The position numbers were made by a program, and so were the translations under genes. A stretch of DNA of 62,166 nt, counting the filler, from Sphacelaria rigidula (lineage: Eukaryota), in assembly GCA_964200075.2 (NCBI GenBank). It is 10 parts of 10 records of this genome, joined end to end, with 100 filler letters (N's around TTAATTAATTAA, not from the genome) between each part and the next. Parts side by side here need not be neighbours in the genome. Positions count along the whole stretch, not along the records: positions 6,228 to 12,354 come from CAXNAA020022059.1; positions 12,455 to 18,581 come from CAXNAA020022060.1; positions 18,682 to 24,808 come from CAXNAA020022061.1; 7 more parts are not named here. The stretch is one strand, 5' to 3'. Below are positions 12,196 to 24,293 of this stretch, piece by piece (the first letter of the stretch is position 1; each line of letters starts with the position of its first letter). The notes beneath the pieces were generated by a model. That model was not told the DNA's origin and ran no database searches. It saw nothing but the letters and a program-made list of their open reading frames with translations.

Positions 12196-12354
12196 GGGGA
12201 GGGGTGTACTTATGATCATGCATACCTTAGTCATGAGACCATTGACCTCGCATCCCTGCAAACCGGGACGGAGCACGCCGGGTTTTCGCCGGACCAGTCT
12301 CGCACTCAAACCACCAAGTGCCTAGCGCCGTGACGTGTTCGGCGAGTCGCATGA
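12196..12354 (-). mobile_element. C-tailed retroposon family A, 3' part
   Basis: Reverse complement ends GATCATAAGTACACCCCTCCCC. It abuts the 5' side of the mariner relic. Confidence 0.75.
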
Positions 12355-12454
12355 NNNNNNNNNNNNNNNNNNNNNNNNNNNNNNNNNNNNNNNNNNNNTT
12401 AATTAATTAANNNNNNNNNNNNNNNNNNNNNNNNNNNNNNNNNNNNNNNNNNNN

Positions 12455-12640
12455 TGAGTTGCTTTCTTTTCTGGTGTCGCCACTTCCAGAGACAGCCACG
12501 GCTTATACACTGCCTCATGAGTGTCTAACCTAGGGGGGGGGGTGTACTCATGATCATGCATGCCATAGTCATAAGACCATAGACCTCGCATCCCTACAAA
12601 GCCGGGACGGAGCACGCCGGGTTTTCGCCGGACCAGGCTC
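12455..12640 (-). mobile_element. C-tailed retroposon family A, two stacked pieces
   Basis: On the minus strand: a C-run, a short 3' piece ending CATGAGTACA plus a C-run, then an internal family-A segment (CATGAGGCAGTGTATAAGCCGTGGCTG). Confidence 0.7.
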
Positions 12641-12880
12641 GGGGGCGGGGATATTGGGCCGTTTTTTCCACGAAGTTTTACTTGCGATCGTCGTTGATAG
12701 CAGCAACGGTAGTTCGAACGCGCTTGCCTCCGACTTTTAACGCTCATTCATACTGTTTGACACCGCTTTTACCCAAATACAAGCGCACCGCGAGTGTGTT
12801 GGGTCGTCTGACGCACCTATGAGCCCATTTTCCCGTGGAATCGAACCCCCCCTCCCCCCCCCCTATCGTAGCATGACTCT
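12641..12880. mobile_element. ~250-bp MITE, copy interrupted by family A (intact copy at 36111-36360)
   Basis: Reverse-complement match to 36130-36340. Retains one TIR, CTATCGTAGCATGACTCT. Confidence 0.7.
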
Positions 12881-12937
12881 CTACAGGTGCTCCTGTTTTC
12901 CGTTCCACTTCTCCTGGACGTACCCAACAGCAGTGAA

Positions 12938-13357
12938 CAGCAGATTCTCAAAAATGGGGTTGAACAACACATGAGGTTCAACTCAAAAGCGGTGATTTCC
13001 CTGACCTAAAGTCATGACAAGTGACTTTTCATATGGACGAACGCGTCCCTCCTGACCCCACTAGAACTATTTTTGGGGATTTCTAGCCTTCCGTTGCCCC
13101 AAAGCGTATGTGTGAAAGCACGTTTTTGCCTCAATTTCGGGGTGAAAAAGGGACGCTTTTCGGGTCAAAAATCATGCTTTCGTACATAACCTTCGGGGGA
13201 ACGGAAGGCCGGAGACCCCCCGAAATAGTTTTAGGGAGGTCAGGAGGGATTAGGTCGTCCATTTGAAAGTCAGTTGTCATGACTGTAGCTCAGGGAAAGC
13301 ACTGCCCTTGAATTGAACCTCATTTTTTTGTTCAACCCCATTTTTGAGAATCCGCTC
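12938..13357. mobile_element. Foldback (palindromic) MITE
   Basis: GATTCTCAAAAATGGGGTTGAACAA pairs with TTGTTCAACCCCATTTTTGAGAATC, and the arms stay complementary nearly to the centre. Confidence 0.8.
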
Positions 13358-13866
13358 TTAGTGCATGTTCAATTACGTGCCCCTGTAGAGTCGTGAATTT
13401 CTGAACGTTCATTGGTTTTGCCGTCGTGTCGTGTTCGGCAGGGGCTGCAACACTTCGAACGTTCCTCCTTGTCATTCTCTCCCGATCTGACTTCAACAAA
13501 TCCTGTTCAATCATGGCACTTTGGTGTACACGTAACGCCAGCAGATGTATACGCTATAACGCCGATGGGCTCCTTGTCCGAGCGAAACTAGAACACCATC
13601 GGCCAAGTGCTCTTGTTTTGGATTTCACTATCTGGAGTAAATTTTGTGCACGAGCATGTCTCACTATTCTCCATGCAACTGGGGGGATCGAGCCGCCGCT
13701 ATTTGTTTTCTGGCGTATTGCTCCGTGGTTGTTGGGTTTGTGTCCAACCGTTTTCTCCCGGCATGCAGCTACTGCTGTAGTAGCAGGATGTTCTTAAATG
13801 TAAACCCCAGCACTATATTCGGCAACAGCGAGTTCTTCCTCCTCAGGTTCGTGCTCGATCACTTAC

Positions 13867-14007
13867 TTTGCTCTGGCGCTGTGCTTCGAGAGTATTCGGC
13901 CAGTGTCGAACGCGCTCGTCGGAGAGCGTCTTGAGATGCCGTCTCCTTGCATCCGAATCCGCTTCCGGCTCTTCTCGAACCTTCGCCCGTATACGGTCAA
14001 GTTCCGC
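13867..14007 (-). CDS. CFAP210: CFAP210/CCDC173-like ciliary coiled-coil protein, internal exon
   Basis: Acceptor GGGCAG| and donor |GTAAGT enclose 47 codons: AELDRIRAKVREEPEADSDARRRHLKTLSDERVRHWPNTLEAQRQSK, carrying the family's (H/N)WxNT(L/I)ExQR motif. Confidence 0.65.
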
Positions 14008-15027
14008 CTGCCCGTAAAGTGCACCGAAATGAACGGCGGTTATATCCAGGAATTTTTAGGAGACCTCGCATCTATCTGGCGGGAAGGGCTTCTGACGGTT
14101 TTAGATTTCACCTGTCCAAAAAACAAGTCGTGCTGAGTAAACTATAATAGATAGGTGACGAAAGGGAAACGCTTTAGAGGCAATTGGATTTCCTCGTGTT
14201 TGCAAAAGAGTAAATTGGTCCGTGTCGTCGCCTTCTGGTGGGGTTAATGTCTCGGGCTTTCCTGAAGCCTTAAATCGCATACGGCAAGGCTCAGCTTGAA
14301 AAAAAGTGAAATGGTGCATACTCGAGAGAAATGGAGAGACGAGGCTGTTGTCAGAATACAATGCTTTCCCGACGTGGACGTCAGCATAGGACGTTTGGCT
14401 CACACCGAAAATACAAAATTTGAACTTTGCAGTGTGATCGTCTCCTGGTGGAATCAGCGTCCCCGTCATTCGAAGCGCCCACCCCCAAGCGGTCAACCCT
14501 CTCCACCAGTAAAATAAACTGCTACTATACGAGACCATCGTGCGCTTAAATGGCCGTGCTGGAGTCAGAAAGAGTTGAAACGATTGTTGCGACATGCGTG
14601 TCTTGAGTGTGATAGAATTTGGCAGCACCAGGAGCAATACAGTTGATGTCGGGACCCCATCGTGTCGGACACCCTGACAGAGGACACGCAACAGAGCGTG
14701 CTTGACTTCGCGATTGCTGTAACGTATATATTAGAGCTCTCGCCTGTGAACACTGACGATGAAAATTGAAACTCCTCCATCGAATCCAGCGCCTACTTTT
14801 CTACTTTTCCCCGACTATTTTTTCAGGCTTTCAGAATCTTTTACTGGTTTGATCGCGAAAAATGTAGCCGATGTGTGCGCCCAAATCGAGCCCGAGTTTT
14901 GTGTAACGTAGGGATCCCTTGGTTATGTCCACCTATAAGTCTTTGTACCAAGTTTACCAACAGGTGAGATTGTGGCAATGTCGATTGTGTCACCTCGGTC
15001 AGGACGACGCCTCCTTCCTTCATAACC

Positions 15028-15107
15028 ATGGTGTTGGCCTCCGACGACGCTCCAACTCGAGACGAGTACCTAGCAGTGTTCCGCGTGCGCAACATGATAA
15101 GATACGG
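15028..15107 (+). CDS. Hypothetical protein, candidate first coding exon
   Basis: ACCATGG start; reads MVLASDDAPTRDEYLAVFRVRNMIRY. Donor GG|GTTAGC is phase-compatible with 15309-15458. Confidence 0.3.
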
Positions 15108-15308
15108 GTTAGCTTTCAACGACATGGTTCCATCTTGTTTGATCTCATTTCACCTTGGCGTTTCCCAACAACCGCTCCCGTATGAGGTAGCTGGATAACG
15201 GAGCTGTTCATGACCGAGGGTGAAACCAGTTGAAACGGCACATGCGTGTAAACACAGATCGCGGACTTTTTATTGAGATCCTGGATCATACATCCTACTT
15301 TCCCGCAG

Positions 15309-15458
15309 TCTTGAACTGGGTAATGACCTACTCAGTCAACGTACCCTGAACAAAGGTCGGAGCTCTTACTCGTGGGAGCGGTATACCGTACTGTGTCTAC
15401 TTCTTCAATCCGATCCCATCCGACCACGTCATGGAGTTGTGTCAAATGTCCATAGGAG
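15309..15458 (+). CDS. Hypothetical protein, candidate second exon
   Basis: Acceptor TTTCCCGCAG|, open frame GLELGNDLLSQRTLNKGRSSYSWERYTVLCLLLQSDPIRPRHGVVSNVHR, donor AG|GTAAGG. Confidence 0.3.
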
Positions 15459-18313
15459 GTAAGGAAACACAAAGTACCGATTTCACTAATGTTCGAATTT
15501 TTAAGGGACCGCTGTAGCTTTGCCGGATGTTCTCGACTCGACGATATAGGTACGGCATATTTTTCCCGCGAGTGAGGGCTCGAGCTTCTTCTTCCAGGGG
15601 AATATTGGCTGTACAATCCGTCACTCAGACTTACCGTAGGAACTGATAGTTCCGGATATGAAAAACGCTTACGATTTGGTTTACATGAATATACTCCTGT
15701 GCCAGGATTTTAAGGAGATATGCAGTAATACCCGTACGTTGCTTTCACCTGTCGTCTCAGCACTATTGTACTGAAAGTTCATAGTCCACAAGCATACCAT
15801 CCTTCTGAGCTACTGATCTTCCATTTCATCCCGCTGCGACCATCTCCCTACTCCCCCCGTCTCCCTCCACGTTCGACAATAACATATCTCTTTATCGCAT
15901 GTCACCACTTGCAGACCCAGCGGTATGCGTGATGTTTCCTCGACTCGTCACCAACACTTGTGCTGTACTAAAACAAAAAGCGGCTAATGTTAACGGCGGG
16001 GGTCGCACGGGAAAAATTTGATCGCTGCAGCTGTAATTCTTCGTGCGATCCCAGGACGGTGGCCTTTCCCGGGCGTTTCCGACCTTCCTCACGCACGTGT
16101 AACGCACGCTAGTGGATTACCAGTGGTTGGCACGTGAGTACCCCAGCAGTCGCCCGACGGGTCTAAGCAAGTGAAGTCGCCGCTCGCCGTGAATCCCGGC
16201 ACACACAAGCCGAACGAGATACACCCTGGTAGCGGGTGTCCTACCATCCTAGTAGATTCAAGACCCGGAGCGACATCCCGGAGAGCCTGGCGGGGGTTCC
16301 CACGAGCTCAGCGACAGAAATCCACGGTTGAAAATATGTTTTCATCAATCCTTAAGGTTAACCCGAACCCTAACCCTAGTCCGAGGCAACATGACTAATG
16401 TGCCCGAGCGGCCAAATAACCATCTCCAAATGATCCACGCCGGCTATTCTGTATGGACGTAAACCCATTAACGTAAAACAAAGGTCTCGAGACACAAGTG
16501 CACAAATACCTAGGTCTATACTCTGTAACTGATGGACGAATATCAGCTGGGGACGCACACAACGACCAACATCTCCTTTTGAAGACGTCCGCAGGGGACA
16601 TCTGTCAGTGACCTGAGGTTCCGGCAAGACGTCCCAGCGGGGTCTGAACGTCCTCTGGGGGAGGAGTCTTCACTAAGCAGCCCGAAGCTATCGTTGAAAC
16701 GTTAGCGTGACGTTCTCTGTTCTGAACCGACGAGGTCAAGGAATTTGCGCCAACCATACAAGTGCGACACTGTAACCAGCGCGGCGTTTTCTCCTTGCTG
16801 GCTCGTTGCCAGTCGTGCCCGCTGTTCAATCGTCTTTCTGGAGCATTTAGTGTTTGATTATAAACCAATGCTGAGATCGAAGTCAAAGGCGGCTGGCACT
16901 TTCTACGAAAGCCCCCCCCCAAAACCAGCCCAAAAGTGTCACGAAAAAAATGGCCAAACAGCGCCTAATGTTTGGGTTCAGGCTGCATCAAGCGCCTAAT
17001 ATTGGCGACATTGGCTAGAACGAACCCAAACGTGGGAATTACCAGCTGCTCGTTGTGCTCGGCTTTTCCCATTTCGATTTACGTGAAGATTTTGCCTTCA
17101 ACCATGCACTTGTTTTTGGGGGGGGGGCTATCGTAGAAAGTATCAGTCGTACTGTGTGCTGCCTGACGTTTTTGATTGGTTCATTATGGCAAGCTAACTC
17201 ATCTGATAGGAGTCATCATCCATGCGCTGTAACGAGAAGGTGAGTAGACGAATAGATTAACTTGTCTCGGGAGTAGGCACGACAGATGACGTGACGACTA
17301 TGTTCTTCTTGGATTGTTGTTGTTCGCCATACCGAGAGCGGTTCATCCTGCACAACCATCCGAAGATGCGCCCAAGAAAAAGCGCAGACGTCAAGTACCC
17401 GAATCCGCCATCGCCATCGCCGCGACCGCTTTTAGTTGTGGGGAAAGCAACCGGCAACTGCCCAAATTCGTGGTGCGGCGAGTGACCTCCAAGATTCGTA
17501 CGCTAGTTGTGCTGTAATACGGTACGGCGGTTGTGTTCACCTCGGATCGTTGTTGTCCACCATGCCGAGCGTGGGGTATCCTATGTAGGCCATGAGTCAA
17601 AATTATGCCCAGCGGGGAGGCTGACGACGACTTTCGAATGAACTATTCGCATCCGGACTCTCTCCATCGTTATCTTTATGCCTACTATACACCCTCCTCC
17701 TATAGGGTACGCTAGCGTTCTGGCGTTTCTCGTGTGTTTGTAGTGGTACTACATCGACTGGCAGGGGGGCACGAACCATGCCATCGCCACCGCGGTGTGG
17801 AGCGTGGGAACTGTACTAGTAGCCGAGGCGGTTGCACATTGCAGACTCCGACCCCCCTCGCTTCTACATGGTTCTGCTTCCATTATTTTCTCCTCACACT
17901 CGGGGTGTTGATCACGAATCGGGGATCCCCCGTTTCACCTCGAATCTTTCCCGCTCTGCGTATGAGGGTGGCCATCATATCTTCTCTGACGATAATGACG
18001 CAGTGTTCACATATTTTTGTTCGTTCTGGGCGGATCAGGTGCATGTGCATCACGTTCACGTGTAGCTTCCAGTAGTTTAGTACAGCCCGCTGCTCTGAGA
18101 ATTTCCGACCCAGCCGGGACATGAACGGAGACTTCCCCGGAAGCGTCAAATCTCGGGGGGACGTCCCAGGTGGTTCAGACTCCAGGTGGGTCCCATGTAT
18201 GACAATTCGAGTTATATGCTGCTGTCCTGCACTGTGCCGCACCGTGCGGCACTGTCCTATACCGTGCTGTATCGCATCCGTGGATATGGGCAATTAATGC
18301 TCTAATAGTCGCC

Positions 18314-18581
18314 GCACCCCGGTGGTGTAGTGGTCCGACTGTCGCCATTAGGGTGAAGAGAACGGGGGTTCAATTCCCGATGCGTTGAGTTTTTTCTTCG
18401 TAATGTATGATTTCCACCGTGGAAAGCGTGAGAACGTCAGTAAACAAAGCAGTCGACTGGGTTTGACGTGAGTTGACGCGGTGCGGGAGTGCTGACCCAA
18501 TCTGCGAGACCAAAATGAAAGGCACGTACCGGTGGAGAGATGGGTTGATCCCTTGAGACCACGGACTCATCCCGAAGAAGG
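18314..18581 (+). mobile_element. tRNA-headed SINE-like element (body also at 49600-49714 minus and 61430-61520 plus)
   Basis: A-box-like GGTGGTGTAGTGG (18321-18333) and B-box GGTTCAATTCC (18367-18377). The downstream body GGAGAGATGGG.TGATCCCTTGAG.CCA recurs in two other contigs, where it leads into an A-rich tract. Confidence 0.55.
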
Positions 18582-18959
18582 NNNNNNNNNNNNNNNNNNN
18601 NNNNNNNNNNNNNNNNNNNNNNNNNTTAATTAATTAANNNNNNNNNNNNNNNNNNNNNNNNNNNNNNNNNNNNNNNNNNNNCAATATTGGCATCTACTGT
18701 AGCAAATTACATTGCTATCGCAATAGATGCCGTCTATTGTCCAGGGTGTGCGATTTTCACAAACTTTCGGGCGCGCCTATGGGCCAAGCAGTGTCGCGGG
18801 CAACAAGCGCTGTGCAGGAGGCTCTCTTCTTGTCGGAGAACGGAATGGGACGAGCCACCGCCATCCACTAATTGTATGCCCCCCCCCCCCCTCCCCTTTG
18901 GGAAAGTCTAGAGACAAGTAAGGTACCGGTACGGGATAGAAGAGTAGGGTGAAAAGTAT

Positions 18960-21900
18960 GCATTGCTAGCGAACTGACAAACCTGAGACGTAGTGCACGG
19001 GCAAACGGAGGGAAAGAGAAGCAGGAACAGGAGACTGCCTGGAAGGGGAAGGAGAGGAGACGCAGCGACCCGAAGCAATCAGACGAAGACCAAACCGGCA
19101 GGGGACACAGCAATCAAGCAAGGGAACGTAGAAGTAAGAGACATGGGAAGGGGATGGGAGACGACAAGAGAGCAGATAATGATTCGGAAAGGAAGCTGAG
19201 AATAGGATCGTGAAACATGAGTGGCTTTTCCACAGACGAGCACAAAAGAACAGAGATAGTCGGACACGTAAGGAAGCATGATCTAGATACAGTAGGGATT
19301 CAAGAGTCATTAGAGAAAGAGGGGGCGGAAAATAGGATGCAAAGTTGAAGAGTACGCATGGATAGGGAAGAAGCGGAAGGGACAGAACCCCATGCAGGGG
19401 AGCGGGGGTAGAAGGAACTTTAGTCAAGGAACACTTGTGTGATATGATCAAAATGATTGATGACACGAAATTCGACGAGAGCATATGGAAAAGGGTACCA
19501 GGAGAGCGGGGAACTAAGGACATATTCGTAGGGCACATCAATATGCCTCCAGAATCGTAGAGTAGGGTGAACGATATCCAGCGTAGGTTTGGAGAGATAG
19601 CAACAGATGTACCCAAGTATGAAAGGCAAGGAGTAGCAGTAATGCTCGTTGTGTTGTTGTTTTCACATTCAAAACCGTTCAGATATCTGGGCGGTACATT
19701 CGTACTGGGTATCTGATGCGGACACCTGCCGTGAGCACAGGCTAGCTACGTATCATGAGGTACGAGGAAATCAAGCAAAACCGACAAAATAAAATAGGCC
19801 TGGATTAAAACTCACAAAAGTTAGTGGGAGATTTTGATGCAAGGGTAGAAAGAGTACGTCAACCGGACGATATCAACGGGCAATAAAGGGAAGATAAAAA
19901 CACGACTCGGGTGAAAATGCTGAAGATATTCGAGCATTACGAGATGACGCTGAACTATAGGGCACCAAAGCCAGAGCCGCAATGGACATGGACGAGGGAA
20001 TGCGAAGGGGAAAAGAGAGAACACTCGTTTCTTGAAACTTTCGAGATAAAGCATGGAAATAGGAAAGGAATGAAAATACATGATGCATGAAGGAGGTGGG
20101 AACCGCAGATCATCGCCTAGAATGGACAGAGAGCCAACAGACGAGAGCTAAATGAAACAGGCGGGATAGGAAATTGTGAAAATGGAGAATCGATGGCCTA
20201 GATGTGAAGAAAAACGGCAAGAGTTCCAAGAAGAGATGACCAAAAATGCAGTGAAAATTTCTCAACTCTTGGAACGCGTAGGTACAGTTGATACCGAAAT
20301 GGAAAGAAATCAGGTACAGGAGGCAGCGTCAGAAGTATACAGAAACCGTCAATCCTTAGTTTCTCGAACATTTTCAAATTCGTTTCGCTTGCCACCGCTC
20401 ATCACAGGGACTGTTAGATGCCAAAAAATGGGCACCTGGAGATATTTCAATCCTCTAGACAAAAGATGGGAGAAAAAATATCTGCGATCAATATTGAGTG
20501 ACTTACGGGCTTGACCGATCTTCGGGGGTCTTGTAATAGTGCAACTCCAGGTTCTAGCTGTTCGGTATTTTCGGTGGACCGACTCGATCCCGATCATGTA
20601 AGTGAATACTCAAAAAAAAAAAAAATTGTTTCATTCCACCGAATCACTGCGCTAAAGCCGGAAAACTATGTTTTCTGGATCATTCACGGTCAATAACAGC
20701 CTCCTGATAAACGGGGTCTTCACTCCGTATCGCCCTCACAACACCGGCTTGGGCATTGTGACTTGAGCACGTGTGCTTATTCTGCCAAAACTGTCGACAC
20801 CATCACTTTCGGGTGCTCATGGAAATTTTTATGCGAAAAAAACCCGAAAAGAGTCCATCCGCAGAAAATGCTCGACTGAGGTCTGTGCAGAATAGGAGGG
20901 GAACACGATCTCGGTCTTTTTTGTGAAGAATTGTATAAAATTTCATGTATCTGAATATTTGCCGTTCCGTTGCGAAAGAGCCGGAAAACTGTTTTTTTTT
21001 TACCAAAAACGTTAAATGACACCCTCCTCATAAACGGGGTATCTAGTCCGTATCGTCCCAAAAACACCAACTCGGGCACTGCAGTTTGAGCGCGGCCTAC
21101 GCTTTCACCCTGAATCTACCGGCACCTTCTAGTAGTAATTAAGAATAGTACACGAGAAAAACTCAAAAATTTCAACAAGTACGAATCTTTAAGACTGGAG
21201 CGAAGCTGACGACTGTAGGAGCGAAGATTGGAGAAGGATGGGAGCAGATGCTCGAGAACACAGCGAGTCAGGTAAGGGGAACAAACTGATCGTATTCAAC
21301 AGAGCAGTAAAATGGTGGGATGAAGAAGCAAGAAACGCCGTGAGGTAAGGAGAGAGGCCCACGCGGGATGGATGTCGAGCAAGAGTACGGTAGGATGGGA
21401 GGAGTATACTGAAGCTCGAGAAAAGGAAAAATTATGGCACAGAAGGAAAAAAAGGAAATATGGGAAGATGTGAATAAAACAAAAGAAGGTTTCGATGGCG
21501 GGATGAAACAAATGTGGATAGGGATAAAAGGGATTTGGGGAAACTAGGCAAGAAATATGGACAACGGGATAAGCAGACTACAGGCACAGAGCGGCAAAAT
21601 GGTCAGTAGGTCGAAGGGGAAAAGAGAAGTGCTAGGCGAGCACCACCGGGAACTAGGAACACCAGAAACTAACACAAAGTTCGACAAGTATTTCGAAAAA
21701 GAGATCAACGAGTGGGCAGAAGCAAATGTAGAGACGTCAAAACGGGGGATAGTGGCTCGAAAGAACCGCAGAGAGAATTTACCGGAGATGAAGTAAAGGA
21801 GTGCATAGCTAAACCTAAGAACAACAAGGTAGCAGGGGCAAACGGAATGTGAACAGACTTCTGAAGTACGGGGGGAGGGAATGATTATCATGATAGTCAT

Positions 21901-23510
21901 GCTGTACAACTGGATTTGGGAAAAGGAGTACACACTCAAGAGGTGGAGAGAAGGAGTAGTCATAACCTTTAAAAAAGGAATACAAGGATGACTCAGGGAA
22001 CTTTAGAGGGATAAGCCTACTGAGCACGGTAGGGCAAACGTTTTGTAATATTCTGAATGATCGAGTAGGAACGATTTTAGAAAAGGACGAAAAAATCAGC
22101 GAGTGACAAGCAGGTTTCAGACCGAACCGTAGTTGCGTGGACCATGTGTACACACTGGGTGACATTATTCAAGGTAGGAAATTCGCGTGGCTGACAACGT
22201 ACTGTTCCTTTCTGGACGTGCAAAAGGCTGATGACACAGTATGGAGAAATGTGCTGTGGAAAAAGTAGTGGGAAACTGGGATCAGAGGAAGGATGTAGAG
22301 AATGGTAAAGGTGACAGAATATGCCAAAAGTGCCATGATGCTAGACCAGGGAATATCGAGATATTGTGATGACTCACAAGAAGTTGCACAAGGATGTACG
22401 TTATTACCCATTTTACTCAAGGTATTCATTCATGACCTGATATTAGCGACAGAAGCAGCAAATCGAGGTGTCAAGGTCGGTGACGATGTGATCTCAGGTT
22501 CAATGTTCGCAGATTATTTTGGGGGGATTTTAGGAACAGCGGGAGGATTGCGAAAACAGATGGAAAAGGCGCTAGAGTACTCTAGGAAATGGAGAGATAC
22601 AGCGAACGTTAACAAATGCGCGGTACTCGTATGTAACAAAGATAATATGAATCCGGTAAAGTTCATGTGTAAGTGGGGAGAAGAGGACCTGCCGATCGTA
22701 GACCAGTATGCATACCTTGGTGTGGAGATCTCAAGAAACTGCTCTTGGGATGCAAACAGAAATAAAGTAATAAAAAGGGGTACGGTACAGATAGGAAGGA
22801 AGGACGTGGTCCTCAGAGACACACATCTAGCACTGGGATTAAGAGATTCATCCTGATGAACGTGATCGTACCTAAGCTGGAATATCCAGGAGAAGTATGG
22901 GAGGGGGACGTGAAGTTGGTTGAGAAGTCGAAGACAGTACAGACGGCAGCAGCTAAGAAGATACTGGGATGCTCGAAAACGGCGAGTAATACGGCACTGA
23001 GAGCAGAGTTGGGAATGTACGCGCTTCAAACAGAGACATGAGAAAATTGAGTGGCAATATAGCATAAATAACGTGCAGAGAAAGAGGTTGCCAGCTAAAG
23101 TTGATAAGGCTGTATGGAAGAAAACGACGAAATGGAAGGCCGGAATAAGTTGGGATAAAGAAGCAGAGAAAGTATGGCAGGAGATGAGAGGAGACCAGAG
23201 ACGAAATACTGTCCATAGGCGAAGGCGCGGGGTACAAGACAAAAGCAAGGGACATAATAGAATGAGGGCAAAAAGAGCGTTGAGACGCCAAGTAGACGAG
23301 GAGAACACCTGAAGATATACGGGGGGTTAGAGTGAGGATAGGGATGAAAGCACATTTGCATGGCCCCATGGACATGGCGAAAGAGTTTGGACTGCAATTT
23401 TGGGCGGAGGGGACCTGGACCTGCCAGAAACAAGAGATATACCTTGTCTTGCACAAAAAGAAACGTTCGGAGCAGAATCCGACGTCTTTTCGCCCCAGTA
23501 CGCAGGCACA
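18960..23510 (+). mobile_element. Decayed non-LTR retrotransposon (LINE family B), APE endonuclease plus reverse transcriptase
   Basis: Endonuclease motifs LDTVGIQES, ESIWKRVPG and VGDFDAR. RT motifs GNFRGISLLS, QAGFRPNRSCVDH, FLDVQKA.DTVWR, VAQGCTL.PIL, MFADYF (decayed FADD) and YAYLGV. Many stops and frameshifts; 3' end missing. Confidence 0.92.
20340..21190. mobile_element. AT-rich insertion inside the LINE (non-autonomous element, ends approximate)
   Basis: Interrupts the purine-rich LINE strand and contains a ~60-bp internal direct repeat (20700-20760 / 21023-21082). Confidence 0.5.
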
Positions 23511-23669
23511 CACTGCGCAACTTCATATTCAGCAAGAGGAGGTTGTTGTCTGCTGCCTGCATGACATATGGTCGAAGTTTCAGCGCATAAAAACACTGAA
23601 AGCGCTTGCACGACCATGCCTCCTGGAGTGAGCAACTCTACAGGCGGTACCGAGGTGAGTGTGCCCAAT

Positions 23670-24065
23670 ACGGATCGATGTTCGTTTGCCGGAGCAGGAG
23701 CCACCTAGCAGGTCATGATGTGGAAGTGAGCGCATTAGCTTGTCAACATATGCATCCACTGACGTCTCACGCAGTCTGGGTCGAGCGGACTCCGTTTTGA
23801 GGGCGTATCGATAGCATTGCCCAAGATCTGTATTCGCTTCGTGCGTATGGCACACGACGTAAAACGTGCCGCCGATCCGTGAATATGCTGTCGGTATTGT
23901 GGTCTACATCTGTGCCAAGTTATCGGCCGGTTCGTCGAGACACGGCGGAGAAATCCACAAGCAAAGTAATGCTTGACCTGTACTGAAAATACAGAACTTA
24001 ACCGCCGAAAGATACATGAGGTGAGTATGATTCTTGTATGCGGGCATCTTGGCATTTGAACTGTA
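23670..24065. repeat. Unclassified dispersed repeat G (second copy 36370-36770)
   Basis: About 400 bp of colinear similarity (GCAGGAGCCACC.AGCAGGTCATGATGTGGAAGTGAGCGCAT...GTATGATTCTTGTATGCGGGCATCTT). Confidence 0.85.
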
Positions 24066-24293
24066 TTTTGTTTTTTGGTTCAAGATTGTACCGGTAGTCG
24101 TGTGGAGGAGAAAGCGGATGCACAGAACAGCCCCTGTGGCAAAGCAATAGAGAGCAGAGGTCATATAGTGGCAGAATGAACACTATACAAGGAGGAACGG
24201 AACGTTCTAGAGGGAGAAATGGGGGACGTGAACTAAGGTGGCATGAAATCGTTCGATGCATTACAAAAGGCAGTAGCGAGAAAACGATTGTTA

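Noticed and set aside
12196..12640. One family-A element spanning the gap (also 55816-56187)
   Set aside because: The flanks belong to unrelated, length-sorted contigs that each broke in a high-copy repeat.
18314..18385. Functional tRNA gene
   Set aside because: A and B boxes are present, but the acceptor and anticodon stems do not pair convincingly.
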